Shown here: one piece after another, positions 1-10,642 of the stretch
How the letters are laid out: every line of letters starts with the position of its first letter
Position numbering within the stretch: the stretch's first letter is position 1
Virus record (IMG/VR): IMGVR_UViG_3300006175_000006
Coordinates: 2,420 to 66,419 of that record
Reading direction: 5' to 3' (one strand)
DNA from: an uncultured virus (IMG/VR IMGVR_UViG_3300006175_000006)
Taxonomy: Duplodnaviria; Heunggongvirae; Uroviricota; Caudoviricetes
Length of the DNA: 64,000 bases
The notes under the pieces: model-generated
What the model was told of the DNA's origin: nothing
The model's database searches: none
What the model saw: only the letters and a program-made list of their open reading frames with translations
Made by a program: the position numbers and the translations under genes

Positions 1-3000
1 CCGCTCGGCAACCTGCGGCCCGGCGCGCCTCCGCGGCCAACTCCAAGTGCGGCCCCTCCGCCGGAAGCAAATGCTCCTGGTACCGTCATTCCGGCGCGCC
101 CGGTTGCTGCGGCTGCGGACGATACCGCCATCACCTCGACGGGGAGGGAAGTGCCGGTCAAATATGCGGTGGTCGAAGCGAACAGCCTCACTCCGTCACA
201 AACTCTCGCCGGCGGGGTCAATCCGAACTTCCCGCGCGAACTGCAGCCGCGTGATCGTTCGCGTTTGGTGAGTGCAGCGCAAATCGCCAACATCGCGCAA
301 AACCTGAACCCGCGACTTCTCGATCGTTCCCCCACGGCCTCAGATGGGGCGCCCATTATCTCGCCGGACGGCATTGTTGAAAGCGGCAACGGCCGCACGC
401 TTGCCATTCAGCAGGCTTACGCGGAGGGACGGGACAGCGCGGGCGCCTATCGCAAGTATCTGGCCGATTCCGGATATCCGGTTGAGGGCATGAAGAACCC
501 TGTCCTCGTCCGGATTCGGCAAGGCACCATGGCGCCCGATGAGCGGCAAGCCTTTGTGCGGGAAGCCAATCAATCCGGGACCGCCGGCTATTCCGCAACC
601 GAACAGGCGCTCGCCGATGCGGCGGCTCTGCCCGATTCCTCGCTCGATCTTTACCGCGGTGGTGATATCGACGCGGTTGGAAACCAAGCCTTCGTGCGCG
701 ACTTCGCGGCCCGTGCGCTGACGCCCGCGGAATACGGCAAGCTGGTCGATACCGATGGGGCGCTGTCGCAAGATGGCATCCGGCGCGTCCAGAACGCGCT
801 TCTCGCCAAAGCCTACGGGGATCCGGGGATCATCGCCAAGGTGATCGAAAGCAAGGATTCTGAAATCAAGGCGATCGGCGGTGCGCTGCTGGACTCGTCC
901 GCCGAATGGGCACGGCTGCGTGCCGACGCAAAGGACGGCACCATTCCGCCGGAAATGGATCAAACGCCGCATATCATGGCGGCTGTGAGCATGGTGGACC
1001 GTGCGCGCCGCGAGGGGCGACCACTTTCGGAGTACACGAATCAGCGCGACTTGATGACGGGCCAAGCGGTCGATCCGGCGGTCGAGGGCTGGCTGTCGCT
1101 GATGTTCCGCGACACGGACAAATGGAAGGGGCCGGTCGGACGCGCCAAACTCAATGAAGCGATCAGCAATTATGTGACGAAAGCCCGCAAAGCGCCGGGG
1201 CTGACCATGCCGGGGCTTGCCGCGACGCAACCTGCTGATATTGTCAGTCTCGCGCGGCGGAAACTGGAAAAGTCGTATGGCAAGGCCGGACCTGGTGGCA
1301 CTGGCGAAGGCATTGGAGAAGCAGGCGTCCCAGGAGCCGGACAAGCTGCTGAGGGCGGCGAAGCTGCGCAAGGCGACCAAGCTGCGCGTTCTCGCGGCGG
1401 CGCCGGCCGCGGGGCAGTAAGGTTTCAGCGCGAAGAACGGGAAGTCCCGGAACCGCCGCTCAATCCCAAAACCGGAAAGAAGATCACGGCCGAACCGCTC
1501 GCCGGCCATCTGGCGATCTTGCGGCAAATGGCGCGCGAAGGTGACGTCCAGGGCCTTCGCGACGCGATTGATTTCCACACCGAACCCGGTATGCCCGCCC
1601 ACGTCAAAGGCGAACAGTCCGAAGTGGCGGCGCAATATGCGCGCGATCTGCTCGAGCATCTTGGGCAGCCCGCCGGGCCTCCGCCGATGAACCGTGAAAC
1701 CATCCGCGAAGCGAACGGCCTGCTCCCGGGCCCGAAACCCGATCCCCGCAAGCGGCTGATCGAACAGGTTGGTCCGGTCAGGGTCTATGAGGTCGATGGC
1801 AACACCGTCCGCAATCGCTGGTTTCTCGATTTCACGGAAGGTGGGAACGACCATGCGTACAAAGAGTGGTTCCCGAAAAATGAAGTCTGGATCGACGGGA
1901 GCAACAAGACCGAATTAGGCCCAATCATCCTGCATGAACTCCACGAACGTAATCTCATGCGCGATGAGAAGATGGGCTATGAAGATGCTCACGACCGCGC
2001 CAATGTGATTGAGCATTACGCCCGGAACAATCCGGACGAACTGCCAAAGCTCCTGCAGAAAGAGCGCGACCGCCTTACCGCCGGCGAACCGAAATTCGCG
2101 ACCGAACCGGGCGCTGTCGATGCCAAGGGCAACCCCCTTCCGCAAATGGTGATCCCGGGGGCGGAAGCGTCCACGCGCCAACTGGCAGCAGCCCGCGAGG
2201 CGGAAGGCCGCGGCAAGATCCAGCCCAGGCGCGCACAGGAAGCCCCGGGCGGCCTCTTCGGCGAACCCCCTCCGAAGCCCAAGCAGGGCACGTTATTCGA
2301 GCGCAAGCAGCTTCAAACGCCTGAATTCAAGCGGTGGTTTGGGGACAGCAAAGTTGTCGACGAAAAAGGCGAGCCGCTTCGCGTCTATCACGGTACGGCT
2401 ACGGCTCCGGAAGCGTTTGACGCCTCCCGTGCAGGAAGTTCCTCAACCCATCCAACTGCGGCGCTTGGGTTCTTTTTCACGGACAACCCTGACCTCGCCG
2501 GTCAGTTCGCGGATGAAATCGACACGACGGATTGGCCGCCGAAGCGCCTCCCCCAGGAGGGCGCCAATCTCGTTCCGGCATACTTGTCGATTAAGAACCC
2601 TATGAGAATGACTGCCGAGAAGTGGCGGGATGTAGTGTTTCGCGCCGGGGCGAATGGGGAGCCCGGGTTTATTGGTTACGGATTGGAACAGGTGCGACGC
2701 TGGCGCCAGAAGATTGAAGCCGCCGGTTTTGACGGCGTGCATGTGATAGGCGACCCGAAATACCGCGATTCTCTGTCGCCCGAGTACGGTTCGGATAATT
2801 GGGTCGCGTTTCGCCCGGAGCAAATCAAATCGGCGGTCGGCAATCGCGGTACATTCGACCCGAACGACCCGCGCATAAATTACGAACGCAAGCCCGGTGC
2901 AGCGACGCGCATGGAGGGCGGGGCGCTGCGGCGGGTGATCGGCGACGACACGGTTGCGCACCTTCCCACAAATCCGAGCCCGGCTGAGAAGGCGATAATC

Positions 3001-6000
3001 GAAGAAGTTTCCAGGATCGCGCAAAGAATCGTTCCAAAGGCTGAGGTCATTCCGGCCCGAAACATCACGGTTCATGGCGAGGCGGCAAAGCAGAATGTCG
3101 CGGCGCGCGTCATGGGCTCGACGGTGCTTGGACCCAGGCGGCTGATTGCATGGTCGCTCGAGTCCAAAGATCCGGTTGGCACGATGCGGCACGAAGCAAT
3201 CCATTGGCTGCGCGACGCGGGCTTTTTCCGTCCGGGCGAATGGCGCGCCATGGAGCACGCGGCCCGCGCCGGAGACTGGATTGGCAAACACGATATCGGA
3301 AAGCGCTATGGCGACTTCGATCAGGACACCCAGACCGAAGAGGCTATCGCCGAGCATTTCAATCAGTGGCGGCGCGCGCCGAAATCGGTCCCCGCTTTCA
3401 TCCGCCCGATATATGAAAAGCTCGCCCGGCTGCTTGGCCGTGTAGGCGATTTCCTTCGCCGGCTCTTTGGTGCCGACGTTTCTGCCGATGATGTTTTCAG
3501 CAGGATAGAGGCCGGCGAAATTGGCAGCCGCGGCCAATACGTTCCGCCGCGCCCGGGTGCCGTCGCCAAATCCGGCTTTGGCAAGCGGCCGTCCGCGCTG
3601 ATGCAGAGGGCACAAGAGCAAGCCGGATCGACCACGGAAACTGTTGGGGTTGGTGCTGACCTAAAGCGGCTGATCGACCTCTTCGGGCCCAAAATGTACG
3701 CCGGCAATATGCCGAACGTGACCGTGAAGGAACTGCTGCAGAATTCCTTTGATGCGGTCAAAGCCGCCCTCGCCCGTGGCGATATCAGGCCCGGGGAAGG
3801 CGTAATCCATATCGACCAAAACGACGCGAACCGGACCGTCCGCTTTACCGACAACGGCGCCGGGATGAGCCCGGAAACGGTGAAGGATGCTTTCCTTACG
3901 ATCGCGGGCACCAACAAGGGCGATTTGACTCCGGAAGAGTCATCGGGCGGCTTCGGCGTCGCAAAGCTCGCTTTCATCTTCGGCAACAAAAGCCTGCATG
4001 TCGACACGGTGCGCGATGGCGTTCGCACGGTGCTGTCGACCACGGGAAAGGAATTGCTCGACGGTAAGGCCAAACTCGTTTCGCATCCGACGACGCTTCC
4101 CAACGGCACCACGGTCCAGGTCGAATTCCCGGAGACCTACAAAAACCAACGGGGTGAAGAAGAACACCTTTGGATGCCGTACAACGTCGCGAACTATGAC
4201 GCGCTCGGAAAGCCGCTGCTCGGCGACGTCGAAGTGAGGGTTTCCAAGAATGGCCGCGAGCCAACCACGCTTCCGATTGGGCGCAATTCGGATATGAGCG
4301 AAACGCCGAAGGTCACCACAGCGCATTTCCCATGGGGCGATATCGACGTCTACATGAAGCGCGAAGAAAAGGACTATCCAAACCACAGCGTTCTTTCGAG
4401 CGGCATGTATCAATTCGATTCGCCGATTAACAAAAAGCTTCTGGACTTCAATCGCATCCCGTACCGGGTCATTTACGACGTGCGGCCCAAGGTCAAAGCC
4501 GCGGACCCGATGTACCCCTTCAACAATCAGCGCGAAGGCTGGTCCAATAAAATCAAGTCCGACGTCGTTCAACTCGACAGCGTAATGCGGCGGAAATTCT
4601 ATGCCGACGAAGCCCAGAACACGGGTGGGACCTTCTCCCACAATGTCGTTCAGATGCCGCTTGCGCGCGGTACTTATCAGCCCGGGCAACAGGTCGGGGC
4701 GACGGCTCTTAACCTGGCGCAACACCTTCCGAAGGCCGAAAACTTCGATATCCAGCCGCACCTTCACATTGATAGCGGCAAGATCCGGGTCGGTGGCGAA
4801 TCGCGCGATATTTCGAAAGAGGCCGAAGCCGTCGCCAATCCAAAGGATTTCAATTTCCAGCCCGAACAGGTCCCCTCGGATCAACCGCTGCTGCACAGCA
4901 ATCTGAACGTCGACGTGATTGCGGAAGCCGCGCGGCGGGCAGGGATTGAGCCGGCCGAGTCCATGCACTTCCTCGCCTCGATCGGCACGGTAGTCCAGGA
5001 TTTCCGTGATGCGCTGGCAAAGCTCGGTGAGCAATACACCTCATGGGGCGAACCCGGTCACCCGGTCGGCGTGTCCCTCGATCGGCAATATCATGGCGTT
5101 CATATTTCGGTGCCGTACAACGGGTTTTTCCTCAACCCATTGGCGGTCCGTACCGATACGATCGGCGGTCATGCGGCCTCGCTGATGCACACGCTCCTTC
5201 ACGAAGCGGCGCACACGGTCGCCAAAAACCACAGCGAAGATTTCACCATGGCGCTCGCCAAATTGGAGGGCGACTTTGAGGACACGCATCCGGGATTGCG
5301 CGTGGCATTGCAGAACCGGCTTCGCGGGATTATTGAGGCAAACGAAGGTGCCTTTGACGCTCTAAGGGAGGTCTACAATGACCCCGCTACAGAAAACATT
5401 GAAGCGCGTCCAGGTGGCATTAAAGGGGCGGTTGAGCAACCGGGACGAACTGACGGGCTTCTTGGACGCTCATTCAGCCTACGCGAAGAGCAACAACTTG
5501 GGTCCGAAATACGTCGCGGAAGCGGAAAGCGCGTTTCAGCGGGCGAAGCAGGGCGCGACACTGGACGACCTCTTGAAAGCGTAAAGTTCCAGCGGCCGAC
5601 ACCGCCGGGACAGCTTCCGCTCAATGTGCCGGGCGCCGGCGATGTGTTCGGGTGGATACGCGGTCAGGAAGATGAACTCTTCCGGATGCGCCAAGCGAAC
5701 GAAGCCGACAAAATCGAAGCGCTGAAAGTCCTTCAAAGCCTGCCGGCTGCGATGAAGGATCCGGCCCTGCGCGAACGGCTTTACGAGCGGGCGGAAAACG
5801 CCATCACGCTTCCGACCGCGGAAGAGGCGCTGTTTCAGCAATACGTCAAGCCGTGGATCGACCGTGGCACGGCGCTCTACAATTCCATCCGGCGCTCTGG
5901 CTATCCCGTCACCTCTGACGGCTATGTGCATCGCATCGTGAAGGGCAAGGGCTCGATGTACGATGAGCCTGCTGGCGCCAACGCGACCAATCCGATTTAT

Positions 6001-7821
6001 TCTGGGAGCCTCACCGCTCGCCGCACGCTCTCACGCAAGGCGCCATCTTTGGAAGCGCGCACGATGTTCGCGGCGGAAGGGGACCGTGGGACGGTCCGCA
6101 TTGTCACGGCGCCGGATTTTAAGGTGGGCGACACCTGGTACGAGAACGGCGAGCGCTTCCGGGTACGGCAAGCGACCACGCGCGAAATCGAAGAGAACAC
6201 CAATCTCCGCTATTTCAAAGACGGCCTGATCAACTCAATAGACAATGCGCTGCGGCTGCAAAGGGCCAAGCGCAATATCGACTATCTCGAGCGGCTGAAA
6301 GCGGACCCGGCCTTTTTCGATAACGCCGCGGGGCCGAACGCGCGCGATGTGCCGCGGAATTGGGTCACCACGAAACTTCCCCAACTGGCTGGCTGGCGCA
6401 TGGATCCCCGCATTGCGGCCATGGTCGACGACTTCTATCAGCCGGGCTTCGGGCTTCCCGAAATCCTGGGCCGCATCAATCACGCGCTGACCACCTCCAT
6501 CTTCATCAACCCCGTGTCCTCGTGGTTTGGTCACGGGTCGAACGTCGCGGCGCATTGGTTCGTCGGCCGTGGCTGGCAAAATTTCATGCCGCACACTTGG
6601 GGCCGCACGGCAACAAATCTCGTGCGCGCCGCTCGAGACGTGAACCGGCTCTCGCCGCAATATCTCCGGATGATGCGCGAAGGCTCGGCCCTGATGTATG
6701 CGCCAACGGTTGCCCGCGATTTCCACCAAACCATGATCAAAGCCATGGGCGGGGAAATGCAGAAGAACCCCGCAACCTGGGCCGAAATCGCCAAGCGTGC
6801 CGGCACCACTCCGCTCGCAATCCTCCGGGGACTGAACGATATCTCGAGCCGTGGCCTGTGGTATCTGAACGACGTTCTTATGCTCGGGCATGTTTACGAC
6901 CTCATGGACCGGGGCCGGACGGCTCGAGCGGCGATTGCAGAAGCGGAAGCCGATATCCCGAATTACCGCATCCCAACGGAAGCGTGGAATGGTCCGGGCG
7001 GCCGGGCGGTCTCACAAATCCTGCAGGATCCGAATTTCCTGATCTTCTCGCGCTACCGCTACGGGATGATGAAAGCCTATGCGAGCGTGCTTGGCAACAC
7101 GGTCAAGGGCACTGGCCCGGGGCGCGTCGAAGGGATCGGAAAGCTCGTGGCGCTGACGGCGCTCATTGCCATGATTTATCCGCTGGCGGACAAGGCGGTG
7201 CAGATGGCGACGGGCGATGATGATGCAAAGCTTCGTCGCGCTGGTCCGGCAAGTGTCGTCGACGCCATGGCGCAATACCGGGACGGCGAGGTGCCGTTGA
7301 CCGATGCCATCCACGGGCTCGTTTCGCCGGCGCCTGGCACCTCGGCAATCCTGCAGACGGCCGCGAACCAAAAGTCTTTCAACGGTAAGCACATTTACAA
7401 TCCCGAAGGGAGCCTGTGGAACGCGGCGAAGGATATCGGCGCTTTCTGGCTACAGCAGATGCCGCCGGTCCAGCAGGGGACCGAAATCGCCACTGGCGCG
7501 CGCACGCCGGGGCAGATCGGCGAACAGCAATTCGGGATCAAACCCGGCCCCGCCGGCGGACCTGCGCAAGCCTATTCGATACAGCTTCGCAAGGCGCACG
7601 CTGATCAACTTGAAGAACAGCTACCGCGGCTGCGCCGGCAATTCCAATCCGGCGATCGTGAGGGTGCTTTGCGCGAACTTGCGAAACTTGGAATTCCGCC
7701 GCACGAGCGGATGTTCTATGCACGCTCTTGGAGCAACCCAACGGGCGTGTTCAGAACACCGCGCTACGCGACACCTGAACAGGCTCAAAAGCTGCGGCAA
7801 TTACAAGGGGGCAGACAATGA
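1..7821 (+). CDS. Giant polyvalent/ejection protein, 5'-truncated by window edge (DdrB-like ParB domain, ADP-ribosyltransferase-like domain, three HExxH motifs, GHKL ATPase)
   Basis: Frame +1 is open from nt 1; motifs VESGNGRT (ParB-like), HELHE, FKRWFGDSKVVD..YHGT..GFFFT (ART-like), HEAIH, ELLQNSFDA..DNGAGM..GGFGVA (GHKL), HEAAH. Confidence 0.85.
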   Translation, partial: PLGNLRPGAPPRPTPSAAPPPEANAPGTVIPARPVAAAADDTAITSTGREVPVKYAVVEANSLTPSQTLAGGVNPNFPRELQPRDRSRLVSAAQIANIAQNLNPRLLDRSPTASDGAPIISPDGIVESGNGRTLAIQQAYAEGRDSAGAYRKYLADSGYPVEGMKNPVLVRIRQGTMAPDERQAFVREANQSGTAGYSATEQALADAAALPDSSLDLYRGGDIDAVGNQAFVRDFAARALTPAEYGKLVDTDGALSQDGIRRVQNALLAKAYGDPGIIAKVIESKDSEIKAIGGALLDSSAEWARLRADAKDGTIPPEMDQTPHIMAAVSMVDRARREGRPLSEYTNQRDLMTGQAVDPAVEGWLSLMFRDTDKWKGPVGRAKLNEAISNYVTKARKAPGLTMPGLAATQPADIVSLARRKLEKSYGKAGPGGTGEGIGEAGVPGAGQAAEGGEAAQGDQAARSRGGAGRGAVRFQREEREVPEPPLNPKTGKKITAEPLAGHLAILRQMAREGDVQGLRDAIDFHTEPGMPAHVKGEQSEVAAQYARDLLEHLGQPAGPPPMNRETIREANGLLPGPKPDPRKRLIEQVGPVRVYEVDGNTVRNRWFLDFTEGGNDHAYKEWFPKNEVWIDGSNKTELGPIILHELHERNLMRDEKMGYEDAHDRANVIEHYARNNPDELPKLLQKERDRLTAGEPKFATEPGAVDAKGNPLPQMVIPGAEASTRQLAAAREAEGRGKIQPRRAQEAPGGLFGEPPPKPKQGTLFERKQLQTPEFKRWFGDSKVVDEKGEPLRVYHGTATAPEAFDASRAGSSSTHPTAALGFFFTDNPDLAGQFADEIDTTDWPPKRLPQEGANLVPAYLSIKNPMRMTAEKWRDVVFRAGANGEPGFIGYGLEQVRRWRQKIEAAGFDGVHVIGDPKYRDSLSPEYGSDNWVAFRPEQIKSAVGNRGTFDPNDPRINYERKPGAATRMEGGALRRVIGDDTVAHLPTNPSPAEKAIIEEVSRIAQRIVPKAEVIPARNITVHGEAAKQNVAARVMGSTVLGPRRLIAWSLESKDPVGTMRHEAIHWLRDAGFFRPGEWRAMEHAARAGDWIGKHDIGKRYGDFDQDTQTEEAIAEHFNQWRRAPKSVPAFIRPIYEKLARLLGRVGDFLRRLFGADVSADDVFSRIEAGEIGSRGQYVPPRPGAVAKSGFGKRPSALMQRAQEQAGSTTETVGVGADLKRLIDLFGPKMYAGNMPNVTVKELLQNSFDAVKAALARGDIRPGEGVIHIDQNDANRTVRFTDNGAGMSPETVKDAFLTIAGTNKGDLTPEESSGGFGVAKLAFIFGNKSLHVDTVRDGVRTVLSTTGKELLDGKAKLVSHPTTLPNGTTVQVEFPETYKNQRGEEEHLWMPYNVANYDALGKPLLGDVEVRVSKNGREPTTLPIGRNSDMSETPKVTTAHFPWGDIDVYMKREEKDYPNHSVLSSGMYQFDSPINKKLLDFNRIPYRVIYDVRPKVKAADPMYPFNNQREGWSNKIKSDVVQLDSVMRRKFYADEAQNTGGTFSHNVVQMPLARGTYQPGQQVGATALNLAQHLPKAENFDIQPHLHIDSGKIRVGGESRDISKEAEAVANPKDFNFQPEQVPSDQPLLHSNLNVDVIAEAARRAGIEPAESMHFLASIGTVVQDFRDALAKLGEQYTSWGEPGHPVGVSLDRQYHGVHISVPYNGFFLNPLAVRTDTIGGHAASLMHTLLHEAAHTVAKNHSEDFTMALAKLEGDFEDTHPGLRVALQNRLRGIIEANEGAFDALREVYNDPATENIEARPGGIKGAVEQPGRTDGLLGRSFSLREEQQLGSEIRRGSGKRVSAGEAGRDTGRPLESVKFQRPTPPGQLPLNVPGAGDVFGWIRGQEDELFRMRQANEADKIEALKVLQSLPAAMKDPALRERLYERAENAITLPTAEEALFQQYVKPWIDRGTALYNSIRRSGYPVTSDGYVHRIVKGKGSMYDEPAGANATNPIYSGSLTARRTLSRKAPSLEARTMFAAEGDRGTVRIVTAPDFKVGDTWYENGERFRVRQATTREIEENTNLRYFKDGLINSIDNALRLQRAKRNIDYLERLKADPAFFDNAAGPNARDVPRNWVTTKLPQLAGWRMDPRIAAMVDDFYQPGFGLPEILGRINHALTTSIFINPVSSWFGHGSNVAAHWFVGRGWQNFMPHTWGRTATNLVRAARDVNRLSPQYLRMMREGSALMYAPTVARDFHQTMIKAMGGEMQKNPATWAEIAKRAGTTPLAILRGLNDISSRGLWYLNDVLMLGHVYDLMDRGRTARAAIAEAEADIPNYRIPTEAWNGPGGRAVSQILQDPNFLIFSRYRYGMMKAYASVLGNTVKGTGPGRVEGIGKLVALTALIAMIYPLADKAVQMATGDDDAKLRRAGPASVVDAMAQYRDGEVPLTDAIHGLVSPAPGTSAILQTAANQKSFNGKHIYNPEGSLWNAAKDIGAFWLQQMPPVQQGTEIATGARTPGQIGEQQFGIKPGPAGGPAQAYSIQLRKAHADQLEEQLPRLRRQFQSGDREGALRELAKLGIPPHERMFYARSWSNPTGVFRTPRYATPEQAQKLRQLQGGRQ

Positions 7822-8498
7822 CGGCGCCTACACCATGGTCACGCTTTGTCATGCCGCATCAATACGCGCCTGATGTTACGGGCGCGCCGCTCCCGGGGGC
7901 AAAGCTTTATTTCTTCGCTTCCGGCACGGCGACTCCGCTCAGCACCTTTTCAGAGGATACGCTGTCGATCCCCAATCCCAATCCGGTGGTAGCCGATGAT
8001 GCGGGGATATTCGGGGAGATTTTCCTTCAATCGCTTCTGTACAAGGTGCGGCTGACCGACGCGAACGACAACGAGATTTGGACGGCCGATCCGGTTGCGC
8101 CCTTCATTTCGTCTCTGCTCGGGGGTGCAAAGTTCTTCGTCGCGGAAGTGACAAAGGATGGCAATGGCGGGATACCCGTGCCGGGCGTTATTGCCGACTC
8201 ATACTGTCCGGTCGACTGCGATATCATCGCGGCGATTGTTCAATCCACATTGGCCGGAAGTGTCGCGCTCGACGTGTGGGTCAATGATTTTCAGGTCAAC
8301 ACGCCGCCGGTGCTGGCGAATTCCATTGTGGCCTCGGCGCCCCCGACACTGACCAATTCCCAAAGCTCGATCGACACGACGCTGACGGGCTGGCTCACTC
8401 ACATTCCGGCCAATTCTGCCATTCGCTATTCGATTACTTCAATCGACACGGTGATCACGCGGTTCACGCTGACGCTGGTTGCGAGGGTATCGACCTAG
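7818..8498 (+). CDS. Tail appendage protein with tailspike head-binding-like N-terminus
   Basis: PLPGAKLYFFASGT..NPNPVVADDAG..YKVRLTD pattern typical of podovirus tailspike attachment domains; ATGA coupling to upstream gene. Confidence 0.7.
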   Translation: MTAPTPWSRFVMPHQYAPDVTGAPLPGAKLYFFASGTATPLSTFSEDTLSIPNPNPVVADDAGIFGEIFLQSLLYKVRLTDANDNEIWTADPVAPFISSLLGGAKFFVAEVTKDGNGGIPVPGVIADSYCPVDCDIIAAIVQSTLAGSVALDVWVNDFQVNTPPVLANSIVASAPPTLTNSQSSIDTTLTGWLTHIPANSAIRYSITSIDTVITRFTLTLVARVST

Positions 8499-9923
8499 AT
8501 GGCTTACGGCACTTACAGCTTCAACATTTCCATGTCCAATTTCGGGGACATTTTTCTCACGAGTCCCGATCTTGGCAGCCATGTCCCGGCCTATGGCTTC
8601 ATGATTTTGACGGGATATGACGACAACGCCGGCGGTGCTGAAACGGCGGACGGGCGGCTGTCATTCGGCTTTGCGATCGACGCCGACCAAATCAGCACTC
8701 CATCAAACCAAGCCAATCGCGGAATGGCGTGGGTGGCATCACTGAACGCCGGCAGCGGTGGATCAAACACAGGGGCCTTTGCCTTTGGCGGCGTGCCTGC
8801 CTCTGGAAGTGGCAGCGAGTGGGGCCGCCTTTGCGGGGCTCATACCAGCGCGGTCACCTGGCACAACGGTCCGATCGTCGAACCGTACCAGGCGTCGACG
8901 TCGCCGTTCCTCAGTTCACCAAGCGATGAATGTGGCATCGGCAATGTCGATCCTTTGGTCACCATAAGTCAGGTGAGCGGCTTCATCGCGGCGGGCGGTT
9001 TTGGATCACTGGAAGGCGGTTGCACGCAAAAGGTGACCGGCGAACTTACCTTCAACACCACACTAACGCCGGTGAGCGTGACCGGACTTGGGTTCACGCC
9101 GGACTTCGTGATTCTCTTCTGCGGCGACTACATGCGGAATGGCGTTTCGTCGCTCGGCGCGAACGGCACCATCAGTATCGGGATTGCGGTGAACGACGGG
9201 TCGCAAACCCAGAGGGCGCTCAGTTGGGGCGAACAGAACAACGTCACCAACGGCAACCCGAAGCAGTATCTCAGTACGACCGAAGCCATTGTGATCCAGG
9301 ATCCTGCATCCTCGGCGAAGCTGTTTTCCGCAGAGCTAAATTCCTTTGACGTTGGCGGTTTCACAATGACGCCAACCTTCATCAGCGTTGGCGAGACGCA
9401 CACAAGATTTTGCGGCTGGCTGGCGGTGAAGCTGCACGGGGGAACCTGTGCGCTGGTCGACTACACGACGCCAACGGCAACGGGAAGCCACGCGACAACC
9501 GGGGTGGGCTTCACGCCGCAAATGTGCCTCGCGGTCATGGGCAGTCTGACGTCCACCGATTCGAGCGTTGGCCCGAGCAATGACACCGGCGGAATTTCCA
9601 TCAGCACCTTCACCGCGGGGTCTCAATGGGCTGGCGGAATGAGGGCCGAAGCGGGCGTGCCGCCGAATACTGCCAGCTTTCGTTCACAGAAGGCCATGCA
9701 GGTTCCGGTCGGCAATCTGATCAACTCTACCGTCGCGCAATTTACCTCGTTTGATGCTGACGGCTTCACGCTGAATTTCACGACCACAGACGGCACGGCG
9801 CGCAAGGGCTTTGTGCTTGCGCTCAGCGCGGAGACCCCGTGCAGTTCACCGCCGCCTCCACCAACTCCAATCGTTCCGGGCGCTGCGACAAGCTACGTCC
9901 GGGTTTGGGGCAATTATCCATGA
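8499..9923 (+). CDS. Putative virion structural / fibre protein
   Basis: 474 aa, G/S/T-rich, two internal repeats (TGLGFTP / TGVGFTP; SFDVGGFT / SFDADGFT). Confidence 0.55.
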   Translation: MAYGTYSFNISMSNFGDIFLTSPDLGSHVPAYGFMILTGYDDNAGGAETADGRLSFGFAIDADQISTPSNQANRGMAWVASLNAGSGGSNTGAFAFGGVPASGSGSEWGRLCGAHTSAVTWHNGPIVEPYQASTSPFLSSPSDECGIGNVDPLVTISQVSGFIAAGGFGSLEGGCTQKVTGELTFNTTLTPVSVTGLGFTPDFVILFCGDYMRNGVSSLGANGTISIGIAVNDGSQTQRALSWGEQNNVTNGNPKQYLSTTEAIVIQDPASSAKLFSAELNSFDVGGFTMTPTFISVGETHTRFCGWLAVKLHGGTCALVDYTTPTATGSHATTGVGFTPQMCLAVMGSLTSTDSSVGPSNDTGGISISTFTAGSQWAGGMRAEAGVPPNTASFRSQKAMQVPVGNLINSTVAQFTSFDADGFTLNFTTTDGTARKGFVLALSAETPCSSPPPPPTPIVPGAATSYVRVWGNYP

Positions 9924-10372
9924 CGACAAATCTCACAGGAGGGAAAACCTGTGTTTGTGGCGCTGATCTGGTCGCGCGCATCGTGTCGCTGGAATCCAGC
10001 TTCATCGCGTTTAAGGAACTTATGAATGAGCGCGATTCCCGATACGCACTCCGGGCGAAGACTCAGGATACGGCGGTTGCGGCTGCGCTGACTGCGGCGG
10101 ACAAAGCAGCAACGATAGCGGATGCGGAAAAAGAAAGACGGCTGGCGGGGCTGAATGAAATCAAGGGCATGGCCGAGAACCAAGCGCGGACATTTGCTCG
10201 AGCCGAAGAAGTCAAATTGGTGCAAGCAGGATTCGACACACGCCTTAACGATCAATCGCGGATCATCGCGCAGATTTCGGCGCGCGGTTCTGGAATGAAG
10301 GACTTGGGCGCCGTCCTGATCGGTGGCGGTGGTTTGCTGATCGCGGCGCTGACGTTGTTTTTTCACCGCTAA
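9920..10372 (+). CDS. Coiled-coil protein with C-terminal transmembrane helix
   Basis: ATGA-coupled start; C-terminal LGAVLIGGGGLLIAALTLFF. Confidence 0.6.
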   Translation: MTTNLTGGKTCVCGADLVARIVSLESSFIAFKELMNERDSRYALRAKTQDTAVAAALTAADKAATIADAEKERRLAGLNEIKGMAENQARTFARAEEVKLVQAGFDTRLNDQSRIIAQISARGSGMKDLGAVLIGGGGLLIAALTLFFHR

Positions 10373-10387
10373 CCAAGGAGACTGAGC

Positions 10388-10642
10388 ATGTGCTTCTCAC
10401 TCGACTTCTTCAAAGAGCTACTCATATGGCTCGTCATCCTTTGCGTCCTGATCGGCATTGTAAAGCTGTTGCTGCCGACCGTCTCGGGTTGGTTCGGCGC
10501 CCCTCCCGGTGGCGGCACGGTCATCGTGATTCTCGGCTATATCATTTGGGGCATCGTGGCGATCTTCGTCATCATCTTTGTGTTCGACCTGATTTCGTGC
10601 GTGATCGGGAGCGGCGGCGCGGGCTTTCCGCACCTCAAATGA
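10388..10642 (+). CDS. Small two-TM membrane protein
   Basis: AAGGAG SD; two long hydrophobic segments. Confidence 0.7.
   Translation: MCFSLDFFKELLIWLVILCVLIGIVKLLLPTVSGWFGAPPGGGTVIVILGYIIWGIVAIFVIIFVFDLISCVIGSGGAGFPHLK

Noticed and set aside
340-5034. Long minus-strand ORFs (504, 392, 364 aa) and similar shadows over terL, portal and dnaB
   Set aside because: Antisense shadows of real genes in high-GC DNA; no motifs or SDs
1-7821. Giant ORF as N4-type virion RNA polymerase
   Set aside because: No single-subunit RNAP motifs recognised; domains match polyvalent proteins instead
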